Shown piece by piece: positions 19,014 through 28,749 of a DNA stretch of 64,000 nucleotides. Below the pieces are notes generated by a model. The model was not told where the DNA came from. It was given only the letters and a program-made list of their open reading frames with translations, and did no database searches. Position numbers and translations under genes: made by a program. Location of the stretch: the IMG/VR virus record IMGVR_UViG_3300014494_000005, positions 62,001-126,000 of that record. The stretch is one strand, 5' to 3'. Positions within the stretch are counted from its first letter, which is position 1. Each line of letters opens with the position of its first letter.

Positions 19014-19915
19014 TATATTATTCCCCCCAATATTTGATTGATATTATTAATTTCGTTATATTTTATTCTCAATAATTTAAAATTATTATTTTTTGTAAAT
19101 AAATTTTTAATTTCGTCATTTTTTTGTCGTAATTTAAATGCAATCTTACCACCAAAATAGTTAACCAATTTTAAATGTTGCAAACCATCATATTCAATTA
19201 ATAAATTTTGTTTAGGTAAATAAAAATCATAATATAGCAAACGTTTATTCTTACAACCATCAAATGTTTTTTCTCTAATATATTTAATATTTCGTTTATC
19301 TAAATATTTTTTTATGATTATTTCGCCCTTTGATTCGTTACATAATTTACATCCTTTACCACATAAATGAGCACCAGCCATTTGTTCAAAAATACCATGT
19401 TTATTACAAATAATTTTTATTTTATTGTTCCACCCATTATATTCAACTAATTTATAATTATATTTATTTTCGTGTATATTTTTTGCTCTATTTATAAATT
19501 CCAAATTATCTAATTTAAATATTTTACCATTTTCATTATATCCGCAATCAGGACAACCATTACCATTTAAATGATTTGTTGGCATTTGGTTAAAAACACC
19601 ATGTATTTTACAAACAATATTAACATTAGCGTGTGAACCGCAATACTTCACTAAATTATATTCATATTTATTACCATGAATAACTTTAGACTTTTCAATA
19701 AAATTAATCGTATTCATTTTTTTATTTTTCACACAATCAGGACAACCATTGCCATTTAAATGATTATTTGGTGTTTGTTCAAATTTACCATGCTTTGGAC
19801 AAATAATTATTATTTTATTTTGTGAACCATAATATTCAACTAAAGAATAATCATATTTATTTCCATGTATATTTATTGCTTTTTTTATAAACTCATTGGT
19901 TGTATATTTTTTCAT
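19013..19915 (-). CDS. Homing-endonuclease-like protein: 3 DUF723-like repeats + PD-(D/E)XK/Vsr-like nuclease
   Basis: Same repeat and YDFYLP..NLLIEYDG.QH nuclease as 3126-4244. Confidence 0.8.
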   Translation of the reverse strand: MKKYTTNEFIKKAINIHGNKYDYSLVEYYGSQNKIIIICPKHGKFEQTPNNHLNGNGCPDCVKNKKMNTINFIEKSKVIHGNKYEYNLVKYCGSHANVNIVCKIHGVFNQMPTNHLNGNGCPDCGYNENGKIFKLDNLEFINRAKNIHENKYNYKLVEYNGWNNKIKIICNKHGIFEQMAGAHLCGKGCKLCNESKGEIIIKKYLDKRNIKYIREKTFDGCKNKRLLYYDFYLPKQNLLIEYDGLQHLKLVNYFGGKIAFKLRQKNDEIKNLFTKNNNFKLLRIKYNEINNINQILGGII

Positions 19916-19919
19916 ATTA

Positions 19920-20669
19920 TTAATTTAATTTTCCAAAATCAATTCCTTCAAATTCGTTTGGATTCATAATATTATTATCATCATAATAATTCATAATTGT
20001 TTTATTATATTCCATTGTTTGATATATATCAGTAAAAATTATTCCATTAGGTAATTCTTTTTTCATATTGATAAATTTAACCTCATCATTTTGATGAATA
20101 ACACAATTTTTATTATAAAAAAATTCTTCTGGTAATAATATTTCTAAGCAATGAAGATATTTTTTAATTCTTAATTTTATGTCTTTATCATCATAACCAT
20201 ATGAAAATAAATTTTCATTATAACCACCTAATTTAAAATAATTAAATCTACTTAATCCTATAAATCCTAAACATTCTAAATCACATAAACATATGTTATT
20301 AATGTCATTTGATAAAAATGTTTGATATATAAAATTTATAATATTTTTATTTAATATATTATCACAATCAAAATTAATTAATACCTCTCCTGTTGAATAT
20401 TTATGTGCAATATTTTTGGAATGAGATGAATTATAATATTTTTTATTATTTATTTTAATATACCTTAATAGTCCTAAATTTATATATTCTTGAAGATTAT
20501 TCGAAACAAAATTATCCATATCATCTTTAGAATCATAATTACATAATGATATTTCAAATTTATCACTATTAGAAGCATTAAATTCTTTAATTAATTCAAT
20601 ATTTTTAAATATAGTTAAATTTAAAAACTCTATTCTATTCATACATGTAGTACACAAAGATATTATCAT
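19920..20669 (-). CDS. Glycosyltransferase (GT2/GT7-like)
   Basis: ISLCTTCMNR, INFDCD (DxD), GGYNENLFSYGYDDKDI..R. Confidence 0.75.
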   Translation of the reverse strand: MIISLCTTCMNRIEFLNLTIFKNIELIKEFNASNSDKFEISLCNYDSKDDMDNFVSNNLQEYINLGLLRYIKINNKKYYNSSHSKNIAHKYSTGEVLINFDCDNILNKNIINFIYQTFLSNDINNICLCDLECLGFIGLSRFNYFKLGGYNENLFSYGYDDKDIKLRIKKYLHCLEILLPEEFFYNKNCVIHQNDEVKFINMKKELPNGIIFTDIYQTMEYNKTIMNYYDDNNIMNPNEFEGIDFGKLN

Positions 20670-20671
20670 AT

Positions 20672-21070
20672 TTAAAAATTTAAATCAATATTACCTTCTT
20701 CATTAAGTACACCTTCAGTATATACAAACTTAATATTAACATTTAATTGACTATCAGATATTGGTTGTCCATTATCATCAACAAGTTTATTAAATGTTAC
20801 AGAAGTTATTTTAATCTCTGGAATATATAATGAAACAGTATTTTTTATTTCCTCTTCTATTTGACTTGAAGTTAAATCATCATTTGGTTCAAATATATAT
20901 TTTAATAAATTTGTACCATAATCAGGTTCATAATATCTTTCATTTTTTTGTGTCAATAAAAGTAAAAGCAAGTTAGAACTATATGAATCTTTAGTTACTT
21001 GATTCATTAAAAGAAACGAATTAGTTGCTTGGTCATCTTGAAATGGATAGGTAATATTATAAGAATTCAT
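20672..21070 (-). CDS. Baseplate wedge subunit, T4 gp25-like
   Basis: NL..LLLTQKNERYYEPDYGTNL.KYIFEP...IEEEIK.TV..YIPEI. Confidence 0.85.
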   Translation of the reverse strand: MNSYNITYPFQDDQATNSFLLMNQVTKDSYSSNLLLLLLTQKNERYYEPDYGTNLLKYIFEPNDDLTSSQIEEEIKNTVSLYIPEIKITSVTFNKLVDDNGQPISDSQLNVNIKFVYTEGVLNEEGNIDLNF

Positions 21071-21085
21071 TGTAATTATTTTTTA

Positions 21086-21094
21086 TATAAATAC
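21086..21094 (-). promoter_or_regulatory. Phage GTATTTATA upstream motif
   Basis: 16 nt before ATG 21070 (gp25-like), immediately after a terminator. Confidence 0.75.
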
Positions 21095-21102
21095 TTAATA
21101 AA

Positions 21103-21132
21103 TAAAAAATCCCGACAAACTTGCCGGGATTT
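21103..21132 (-). terminator. Intrinsic terminator
   Basis: AAATCCCGACAA / TTGCCGGGATTT stem (G-U on minus) then U-tract. Confidence 0.75.
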
Positions 21133-21151
21133 AATATTATTAATAATTTAT

Positions 21152-21616
21152 TTACATTTGCTTTGGTTTTCTACCTCGTTTACCTTTTGTTAATGCTTTT
21201 GCCTCATCCTCTTTTTGTTTTTTTACATCATAAAGGCTTTTAATTGATTCATGTAATGTAATAATTGGAGCATGTCCATATTTTTCTAATACACCAGTAT
21301 GTGTATTGAAATTAGGTTTCTCTAATGAAACTGTGTCTGTTTCATTGACACTTACACCTGCAAGACATTCAACAATTGCAATTTCTTGTAAGTCTGGGGG
21401 TAATTGGTCGAAAATTTCTTCGTTAAAAATGACCGCAAAATTAATACCATTTGTTAATACCTCTACAAGGTCATTTGTTTTAACGATTTTATAAAGTTCC
21501 TTTTGTTTATTGTTACAAAGAACTTCAAATTCAAGCCAATTTTTGATTGTTGTTTTACTTTTAATTTCACCGAAAAGATTAATCATTTCTTCTGATGCTT
21601 TTTCAATTTTTGCCAT
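21152..21616 (-). CDS. Phage metallopeptidase-like fold, apparently lacking HExxH
   Basis: FAVIFNEE.FD.L...Q.IAIVECLAG...P.F..H..V..KYG resembles the putative phage metallopeptidase family. Confidence 0.45.
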   Translation of the reverse strand: MAKIEKASEEMINLFGEIKSKTTIKNWLEFEVLCNNKQKELYKIVKTNDLVEVLTNGINFAVIFNEEIFDQLPPDLQEIAIVECLAGVSVNETDTVSLEKPNFNTHTGVLEKYGHAPIITLHESIKSLYDVKKQKEDEAKALTKGKRGRKPKQM

Positions 21617-21627
21617 AATAATTATTT

Positions 21628-22137
21628 TTAATTGTTAATAATAGAATTCTTATATTTCATATTTATTTGATTAATTTTTTCAAGTAAGTTTGTAAATATT
21701 GGATTCTTTGCTTCAAATTCTTTACCAAATTTTTCTTCAAGTTCTTTGGTAAAAGATAATAAATCTTGAATGCTTGCTTTCAACATATCTTCAATTTCGA
21801 TAAGTGTTTCAAGTTGTTTATCAGCCAAATTTGTTAATCCAGCAATTCGTTTATTTTCTTCATCACTTTCTTTCATTTCTTGCATTTTTTTTTCATATTC
21901 TGAATTAAGTATAAGTACTTCTTCTTCACTTACAGTTTTAATACCTGCTTTTTTTACACGGTCATTAATTGATTTTGATAAATCACTATCATCAATAGAT
22001 ATATTAGGTTTTGTCATTGTTGATAATTTTTCATCTGCTAATTTATCAATTTCAATTATTTTTTTTGCTGCTTCTGAATTAAACTCACCAGTATCAACTG
22101 CTTTTTTGAGTTTTTCTAAAAAACTTGAATCTGCCAT
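21628..22137 (-). CDS. Hypothetical coiled-coil protein
   Basis: 169-aa E/K-rich ORF. Confidence 0.65.
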   Translation of the reverse strand: MADSSFLEKLKKAVDTGEFNSEAAKKIIEIDKLADEKLSTMTKPNISIDDSDLSKSINDRVKKAGIKTVSEEEVLILNSEYEKKMQEMKESDEENKRIAGLTNLADKQLETLIEIEDMLKASIQDLLSFTKELEEKFGKEFEAKNPIFTNLLEKINQINMKYKNSIINN

Positions 22138-22157
22138 AATATTTCGTTTTAGTTTTA

Positions 22158-23069
22158 TTATAATTTTATTGTTTCCATTTCAATTCCTTCAAATTTCAGG
22201 ACTTCATATATGTCATTATGTATTAATCTTTTCACGAATTTAATAATTCTAAATGCTTTCAATTCGCCATATTCATCTCTCACATAAATTTCTTTAATAT
22301 CTTGAATTTCCTTAAATGCATTTGAATCATCATCTAATTCTAAAGTTTTAAACTTCAATGGTATGAAAAATTCTAATATCCTATATTCAAAACCGATTCT
22401 TTTTATGTGTAAATATTCTGTTAATTCCTCAATTTTATTTATAATATTTTCATTAATATGTGTTGCTTTAATTGGAAATTCAAAAGATTTGGATTTCTTG
22501 AACATATCTTGTACCTCATATTTAAAATCCGCATTTTCTTTTTGGGTTTTTTCTACAACATCCAATACTTTTGCAAAACCCACTTCAATTGGTTTATTAT
22601 TAAAAATGTACATTATTTTATAATTGTCATCTTTAGTACGCCTTTCTTCAAATTCTAAAGTCAAAACCTCACCCAATGTCTTACCAGCATGTTTATGCTT
22701 ATCATCGAAAAATCCATAATGTTCATATCTACGACCATATTGGTCTTTCATTCCATAACTCATGCCATGTTTATCTGCAGCAACAGCCATTTGATGTGGT
22801 GTTGATTTGCACATAAATTTATCTGCTTTCTTAAGAAGTTCATAATAATCTTTAACATAGCGTTCATCACGTTGACCAGCATAAAATTTTTCAAGCAAAG
22901 GATTTTTATGAAGTTTTCTTGTTGTTTTTTTATCTTTATCCTGAATATCAATAGCAGATGATTTTAATATGTCTTCTTCAGTCCTATATAATGCCAAAGA
23001 AACATATATAATAATTGTATGAATTTTTATATATGTCCAAAGAATTATTTTTTGAAATAAATGTTTCAT
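22158..23069 (-). CDS. Hypothetical protein
   Basis: 303-aa ORF with hydrophobic N-terminus. Confidence 0.65.
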   Translation of the reverse strand: MKHLFQKIILWTYIKIHTIIIYVSLALYRTEEDILKSSAIDIQDKDKKTTRKLHKNPLLEKFYAGQRDERYVKDYYELLKKADKFMCKSTPHQMAVAADKHGMSYGMKDQYGRRYEHYGFFDDKHKHAGKTLGEVLTLEFEERRTKDDNYKIMYIFNNKPIEVGFAKVLDVVEKTQKENADFKYEVQDMFKKSKSFEFPIKATHINENIINKIEELTEYLHIKRIGFEYRILEFFIPLKFKTLELDDDSNAFKEIQDIKEIYVRDEYGELKAFRIIKFVKRLIHNDIYEVLKFEGIEMETIKL

Positions 23070-23082
23070 CTAAATTTATTAA

Positions 23083-23694
23083 TTAACTATTATTTGCTTC
23101 ATTAGTCATATTATTAATTTTTTGTTCAACATTTTCTTTTTTCAATTCATCCAAATCAATTACTAATTTATTATTAATAATTGATTCTTTTTTTAAATCA
23201 TTCAAAGTAGTGGAAATATTATTTAATTCATTATTTAATGATAATTCTTTTTTTGCCTTATTATAATACACATCATTATAATCGTCAACAAATTTTTTAA
23301 ATTCATTAAAAAGATTCTTATAATATTCACCTTTCCAATTTCCATCTCGTTTAATAATTCTTTTATTTAATAAAACAGCTTCTGCTAAATAGTTAACAAA
23401 CCTAGTTTCAACACCAGAAGGAAACCTAGTTTCAACACCAGAAGGAAAAAAAGTTTGTTGAACTTTATTTTTAATTTCATCGATTTCTGGATATTCTTTC
23501 TTGATATTATCAAATCTCACATCCTCATCGAATGTAGTATTTGATTTATTGTCAACATTTTCTACTTTACCAATATCATCAGATTTGTTATAAATGTTCT
23601 GATATTTTACTGCATTTAATAATTCTTCTATTAAGAAAGGAAGTATTTTGTTAATTTCTTTTCTTATTAATTTTTTAATTTTACTTTTTTTCAT
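23083..23694 (-). CDS. Hypothetical protein with internal 8-aa tandem duplication
   Basis: 203-aa ORF containing FPSGVETR twice. Confidence 0.6.
   Translation of the reverse strand: MKKSKIKKLIRKEINKILPFLIEELLNAVKYQNIYNKSDDIGKVENVDNKSNTTFDEDVRFDNIKKEYPEIDEIKNKVQQTFFPSGVETRFPSGVETRFVNYLAEAVLLNKRIIKRDGNWKGEYYKNLFNEFKKFVDDYNDVYYNKAKKELSLNNELNNISTTLNDLKKESIINNKLVIDLDELKKENVEQKINNMTNEANNS
23398..23448. repeat. Exact 24-bp tandem duplication (in frame)
   Basis: aaacctagtttcaacaccagaagg x2. Confidence 0.95.
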
Positions 23695-23705
23695 GTTTTT
23701 GTTTT

Positions 23706-25094
23706 TTAAATTACTACTAATGTTTTAGCAACTACTGCCTTATAAAATTCTGCACGTTTCTGGGTTACATTTTTTAATGAATATTCAACCTTAAAGTCTT
23801 CATATAATTGTTCACCAAGTTTTTTTCTTAAATCTGCATCCAATATAAGTCTCTTTAAATACTTAACCCAATATTTTCTTGCATTTTTTGGTAATTCCAT
23901 CGGAATTAATACACAATTTTCCATGTGCTTACCATGTACATTATATGGTGGAATATCTGAACATACTATAGGAAGTTTTCTTGTCCAACATTCAACTTGT
24001 TTAAGATTCGACTTCATTTTATTAAATGGATTATTGGCAAGTGGAGCAATAACTATATCAGTTTCATCAAGTACTTGTGCATATGTATTTGCTTTTTGTG
24101 TCCAACGTCTACCAAAATTACCCTCATTTTCATATTTTACGTTTCTTTCAAAATTCATAAGCCATTGAAGATAATCTGGATTTTTAATCATATGATGATT
24201 ATCAGTTAAAATTTTTTCATAAATTAAATACACACTTTCAACTGATTTAATATCTCTTTGTTTTTGATTAAAAACATTATTTCTATATTTTTCTTTCAAA
24301 TCTATGGGTAATTTAGGGATTATATCAACATTACCTCTGGAATTATTAATTGCTTTTACTGTTTGAGGTGTCCATAAACCTCTTTTTTGTAATTCATCAC
24401 CAAATTCTTGATTGAAAGTAATATCTGTTGTATTACCTTCAGTATCCCAACCGGAAATAATTACTTTGAATTTATTTCTAGTATTTATGTCATTTGATAA
24501 TACATTCATAACTCCTTCAAGTTGCTCCATATCACCTAAATGCGAACTACCTGCCATATAAGTAATTCGAACCAAACCATCAGGGTCAGGTTTCCAATTA
24601 TTTTGAAATTGTTTCATCCAAATAGGGTCAACAGAATTATAAAATACTTCAACATTATCTTTACCAGTTATTGTACGAATTTCTGAAGCAAATAAATCAG
24701 TTGTTGTTGTAACATAATCAGCAATTTTAAGATTTTCAATGATTGGAATATGTAATTTTTTTTCTTGACTCATTATATAAAAAGGATGTTGCCTATGTAA
24801 TTTCCAATAGTCATCAATATCAACAATTAATATTGTCCCAGCTTTTCTTAGTTCATTCGCTAATTGAATCATTTTTTGTGTTTCGCCAAGAAATTGGCGG
24901 TGATAATGTATGATATGAAATGTTTTAAGATAATCAATGTATTTAGGGTCATTAAAATCAATTTGTGGGTTAATTTCAACATAAAAATCTTCTGAATGAT
25001 TTCTTTCAAGTTCCATTGCTGGTGTTAATGTTCTAAAATAATTTACTCCAGCACCATCAAGATTGTAAAATAAAACTCTGATTTTTCCGTCCAT
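23706..25094 (-). CDS. Glycosyltransferase (GT-B, GT4-like)
   Basis: GVNYFR...P, IVDIDDYW, ADYVTTTT..., DIVIAPL....FNKMKSNLK.VE.....PIVCSD..PY. Confidence 0.8.
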   Translation of the reverse strand: MDGKIRVLFYNLDGAGVNYFRTLTPAMELERNHSEDFYVEINPQIDFNDPKYIDYLKTFHIIHYHRQFLGETQKMIQLANELRKAGTILIVDIDDYWKLHRQHPFYIMSQEKKLHIPIIENLKIADYVTTTTDLFASEIRTITGKDNVEVFYNSVDPIWMKQFQNNWKPDPDGLVRITYMAGSSHLGDMEQLEGVMNVLSNDINTRNKFKVIISGWDTEGNTTDITFNQEFGDELQKRGLWTPQTVKAINNSRGNVDIIPKLPIDLKEKYRNNVFNQKQRDIKSVESVYLIYEKILTDNHHMIKNPDYLQWLMNFERNVKYENEGNFGRRWTQKANTYAQVLDETDIVIAPLANNPFNKMKSNLKQVECWTRKLPIVCSDIPPYNVHGKHMENCVLIPMELPKNARKYWVKYLKRLILDADLRKKLGEQLYEDFKVEYSLKNVTQKRAEFYKAVVAKTLVVI

Positions 25095-25128
25095 GTTTAT
25101 AATTTATTATAAAATAATGTAATTTATT

Positions 25129-25137
25129 ACTAAATAC
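25129..25137 (-). promoter_or_regulatory. Variant motif (sense GTATTTAGT)
   Basis: Plus ACTAAATAC, 35 nt before ATG 25094. Confidence 0.4.
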
Positions 25138-25184
25138 GTAAAAATAATACAAAGTCATCAAATATGAAAGGGTTTTTAAAAAAA

Positions 25185-25967
25185 TTAAATAAAATTTAAT
25201 GTGCTTTTTGGTTTAATTTTATTTTCTATTGTTGGACATAATCCACAACACAATTCTTCTTTTGTAGATAAAAATTTTTTTAATTCATCATTTGAACAAT
25301 TTGAACTTAATGGTTGATACATATCAAATTCTTTCCAATATTGTTTTATTTCAGGATATTTTATTTTTTGTAATTGATAATATGTTACAATTGGACATTT
25401 CCATAATTTGCCATCATATAATTGTTTGCAAGAAACATCCCAACATACACTATAACTTTTTTTGGGATTATTTTCATTATGAAATGGTCGTATTAAATTA
25501 TCAATTCCGTTATATCTTTTAGACCAAATTTTAGTATTATCTATCACATCATATTTTATATCATATTTATTAACCCATTGATTTACCAATTCTAAATTTT
25601 CGTTTAAATTATGACCATGTAATGATATTTTTAAAAATATATTATTATTTTTTAAATAAATGGGCAAATTTGGATATTTATGTAATAATAATCCGTTAGT
25701 TAATAATTTTATATTACTATTTTTAAAATAATTTCTTATTAATTCTAATATTTCGTATATTTGGGGATTTAAAAGTGGTTCACCACCAAGTAAATGTATA
25801 CTACAAGGTTGAATTTTTTTGTACCATAATAAAAAATCATTTTCAATTTCTTTTAATGTTAATATTTTATTATGTTTACTATTTGTAAGATGATTACAAC
25901 TTTCACAACTTAAATTACAAAGATGAGATATGTGATAATCAATATGAAAATTTGTTTCTATATCCAT
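25185..25967 (-). CDS. Radical SAM protein
   Basis: CNLSCESC (CxxxCxxC), LLGGEPLLNP, LLTNG, C-terminal Cys cluster (CWDVSC...KCP...CCGLC). Confidence 0.85.
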   Translation of the reverse strand: MDIETNFHIDYHISHLCNLSCESCNHLTNSKHNKILTLKEIENDFLLWYKKIQPCSIHLLGGEPLLNPQIYEILELIRNYFKNSNIKLLTNGLLLHKYPNLPIYLKNNNIFLKISLHGHNLNENLELVNQWVNKYDIKYDVIDNTKIWSKRYNGIDNLIRPFHNENNPKKSYSVCWDVSCKQLYDGKLWKCPIVTYYQLQKIKYPEIKQYWKEFDMYQPLSSNCSNDELKKFLSTKEELCCGLCPTIENKIKPKSTLNFI

Positions 25968-25987
25968 AATTTTATTACTAAAAACAT

Positions 25988-26011
25988 AAAAAAAGCCAAT
26001 AAAATATTGGC
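25988..26011 (-). terminator. Intrinsic terminator
   Basis: GCCAATA-aaa-TATTGGC then U7 on minus. Confidence 0.65.
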
Positions 26012-26038
26012 ATTATATTATTTAAAAATAAATATATT

Positions 26039-26410
26039 TTATATATGTGGTATATCTATCTCAGTATCTGTTTCTTCTTCTTTTTTAACTGATTTTTTTT
26101 TACTTTTTTGAACCGATTTTTTTTCTTCATCATCAATAACTTCTTTAGTAACTGTTTTGGTTTTTATATTATTCATTGATATAGCAAGTTCTGTACCATC
26201 AATTTCATCTACAGTTATTAAATTTTTAACTCTTAATCTATGTGCTGACAATGGTAATGATGATACCGTTAAATAAACAACATCACCCGGTTTTATACTA
26301 ATAACTTTTTTAGTCATTTTATCTACATAATCAATATCAAGTATTGATTTGTATTTAAAATCACGCTTTGAAGCGAGATTTGTTATGTTTGTAATTTTAA
26401 ATGTACCCAT
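26039..26410 (-). CDS. Hypothetical protein with basic/acidic tail
   Basis: 123-aa ORF followed by terminator. Confidence 0.6.
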   Translation of the reverse strand: MGTFKITNITNLASKRDFKYKSILDIDYVDKMTKKVISIKPGDVVYLTVSSLPLSAHRLRVKNLITVDEIDGTELAISMNNIKTKTVTKEVIDDEEKKSVQKSKKKSVKKEEETDTEIDIPHI

Positions 26411-26418
26411 ATTTTTAA

Positions 26419-27261
26419 TTATTTTAATCCTTGTATTAATGTATCGTTATATTTAATTCCATCATAACCATTTTTCATTGCTTTTTCTGCAATTGCTTTA
26501 TTTTTTAGATTCATTGATGGCACATTATATTGCTCACTTAATTTCTCAAAATTTACATGTGGAAACCAATTTTTTGCTAATATATCAACTGGTTCTTGTC
26601 CATCTTTATAAATAACACCTAATGCTTGTATGTCCAATAAATTTTCAAAATCAATTTCATATTTATCATATCCATCAATTGGTTTTAACATAAAAAAGTT
26701 TCCAATAACTGAATTTTCTTTAATTGGTTCTTTTCTATATGCGACAATTGTTTTTTCATTTTTACTTGGTGTTTCTGCTTGTAATGCAAGATTATCTTCT
26801 TCCAGAGAATCTAAAAATTCTGTATTTGTATTACCCTTACCACTTTCAGCATTATTATAATAATTGATTGCACCTTGATTTTCTACTTCTTCCATATTAC
26901 GTGCTTGCTCATATTCGTAAATATCTTGAATCTTATTTAATACCCTTGCTGTATCTTTTTCATTTAAATCAATTTTAATTGCTTTAAGTAACTCATTGTC
27001 AATTAATGCTTTAGTATATCTGTGGTGTCCATCAATTATTTGATTATCAATGCTTAACCAAATTGGATTCATATCATTAATATTACATTTTTCCATTTCA
27101 TCTGAATATACGACAGGTTGTGATGTTTTAATATCATCGTCTTCACTTGGATTTAATGAAATTAATTCATAATTTATACCTTCTTCATCAAGTTTTTGAA
27201 GAACTATTTCAAACGGTGCACTAACTTGTGGTAGATGATATGGTCTTCCATTTTTAAGCAT
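26419..27261 (-). CDS. ParB/Srx-like nuclease-domain protein
   Basis: PIWLS.DNQIIDGHHRY..A; upstream motif 27282. Confidence 0.65.
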   Translation of the reverse strand: MLKNGRPYHLPQVSAPFEIVLQKLDEEGINYELISLNPSEDDDIKTSQPVVYSDEMEKCNINDMNPIWLSIDNQIIDGHHRYTKALIDNELLKAIKIDLNEKDTARVLNKIQDIYEYEQARNMEEVENQGAINYYNNAESGKGNTNTEFLDSLEEDNLALQAETPSKNEKTIVAYRKEPIKENSVIGNFFMLKPIDGYDKYEIDFENLLDIQALGVIYKDGQEPVDILAKNWFPHVNFEKLSEQYNVPSMNLKNKAIAEKAMKNGYDGIKYNDTLIQGLK

Positions 27262-27281
27262 AATGTGTTATTAAATTTTAT

Positions 27282-27290
27282 TATAAATAC
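27282..27290 (-). promoter_or_regulatory. Phage GTATTTATA upstream motif
   Basis: 21 nt before ATG 27261. Confidence 0.7.
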
Positions 27291-27297
27291 AGTTCTT

Positions 27298-27864
27298 TTA
27301 ATTTTTTAATATATTTTGAATTTCTTCACGAATAATATTTAATATTGTAAATTTGTTTTCTAATAAAGATATTTTACCTTCTTTAGCTAAATATATGTTA
27401 AATCTAATACCTTTTGGAATCTGTTTCTTTATTGCTTCATAAGATTGAATATCAGTATCACGGTCTTCATAAACATTTATTTCCTTTAATTCTGGAAATT
27501 GCTGAATATAACGTAATGTTTTTTTACCCTTATCTGGTTCAGCACGTTTCATATCTACTTTATCAACACTAATATGATTTGCATCAAGTATTGCTTGAAC
27601 TTGTGGACGTAGTTTTTCCATTCTTGATGTAAGAATTACCACATAAGTATTTGGTTTTGCTTGTTCTTCTTTTAATTGTTTTAATACACTTGGAAATGGT
27701 TTAATATTGAAAACATTTAAATCCAAACTCTCAGGTCTGCCCCACCAACCTTGATATGGATATGGTTTTCCTATTTTCTCAGACCACTGAACTTTACCTA
27801 TTTCTTTTTCAGGACTCATTATGAGTGTCGAGTCAAAATCAAATACACAAAGTCTTTTTATCAT
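27298..27864 (-). CDS. HAD-family phosphatase (RNA-repair 'Swiss army knife' HAD type)
   Basis: CVFDFDSTL (DxD motif I), VILTSR (motif II), VYEDR (motif IV). Start moved to ATG 27864, overlapping the upstream TGA (ATGA). Confidence 0.8.
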   Translation of the reverse strand: MIKRLCVFDFDSTLIMSPEKEIGKVQWSEKIGKPYPYQGWWGRPESLDLNVFNIKPFPSVLKQLKEEQAKPNTYVVILTSRMEKLRPQVQAILDANHISVDKVDMKRAEPDKGKKTLRYIQQFPELKEINVYEDRDTDIQSYEAIKKQIPKGIRFNIYLAKEGKISLLENKFTILNIIREEIQNILKN

Positions 27865-28364
27865 AACAAACAATTATATTTCATTTCATTAATATTTCCT
27901 ATTTCTTCGCAATAAGGTTCAAAAAATCTTTTTGGTATTATATACATATCCATTTCTTTGAAAACACCTTTCTTTTGTTCAATCCTTGCTTTTTTCTTAT
28001 ATTCAATTTGATTTATATTTTCAACAATACAATCATGTATTCTTTTTGTTTTAGCAATATATGTAATTTTACCATCACTAATAATCCAATAATCAGCTTT
28101 TGTAATTAATAATCCTGATTGTCTTCCCCAATATCCGGTTTCAATACAAATATTGCCACTAATACTACCCATTTTATCAAATTTACATTCAATTGTTTTT
28201 TGTTTTTCTGCAAAGTTACCATTAAAAAGTATAATATCATAATAACTATATTCTTCTTTTTTCATATTTTTATATGCAAGAGGAAATAATTTTTCATTTA
28301 AATCTTTTAAACAAAAATCCTCAAATTCAAATCCCATTCTTGATGATTCTTTCCAATCAGCCAT
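27861..28364 (-). CDS. PD-(D/E)XK-family nuclease-like protein
   Basis: G.EFE.F, YDIILF, TIECKFD, then ICIET. Confidence 0.6.
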   Translation of the reverse strand: MADWKESSRMGFEFEDFCLKDLNEKLFPLAYKNMKKEEYSYYDIILFNGNFAEKQKTIECKFDKMGSISGNICIETGYWGRQSGLLITKADYWIISDGKITYIAKTKRIHDCIVENINQIEYKKKARIEQKKGVFKEMDMYIIPKRFFEPYCEEIGNINEMKYNCLL

Positions 28365-28365
28365 G

Positions 28366-28749
28366 TTATTTATATTCTACTTCAGTTACTTTACCTGTCA
28401 CAAATATAGGTCTTTTTAATGGTTGCCAATTAATTAATTTATTTGACATCATTGGTTTACCACCATTTGCTCGATTAACAGCCATTGTTATATGTGCTTT
28501 AGCATTATGCGTTTCAAAACCACTGACACCAACAGCCATTACTTTATCATCTATAGCGAATTCATTAACACTTAATCGTACTGGTAATCCTAAATATTTT
28601 TCAAGTTCTGGGTCAATTTCACCCATGTTTATTGTCATATGGTCACAAATTATTTTCCAATCATTAGGAATTATTGAACTAAAACGTTCAATAAGTCGTT
28701 GTTTTGACCTATCATCAAGAACGACTGCACTATAAGATATGTTATTCAT
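28366..28749 (-). CDS. 2H phosphoesterase (cyclic phosphodiesterase, tRNA-ligase CPD-like)
   Basis: Two HxT motifs: CDHMTIN and KAHITMA. Confidence 0.75.
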   Translation of the reverse strand: MNNISYSAVVLDDRSKQRLIERFSSIIPNDWKIICDHMTINMGEIDPELEKYLGLPVRLSVNEFAIDDKVMAVGVSGFETHNAKAHITMAVNRANGGKPMMSNKLINWQPLKRPIFVTGKVTEVEYK

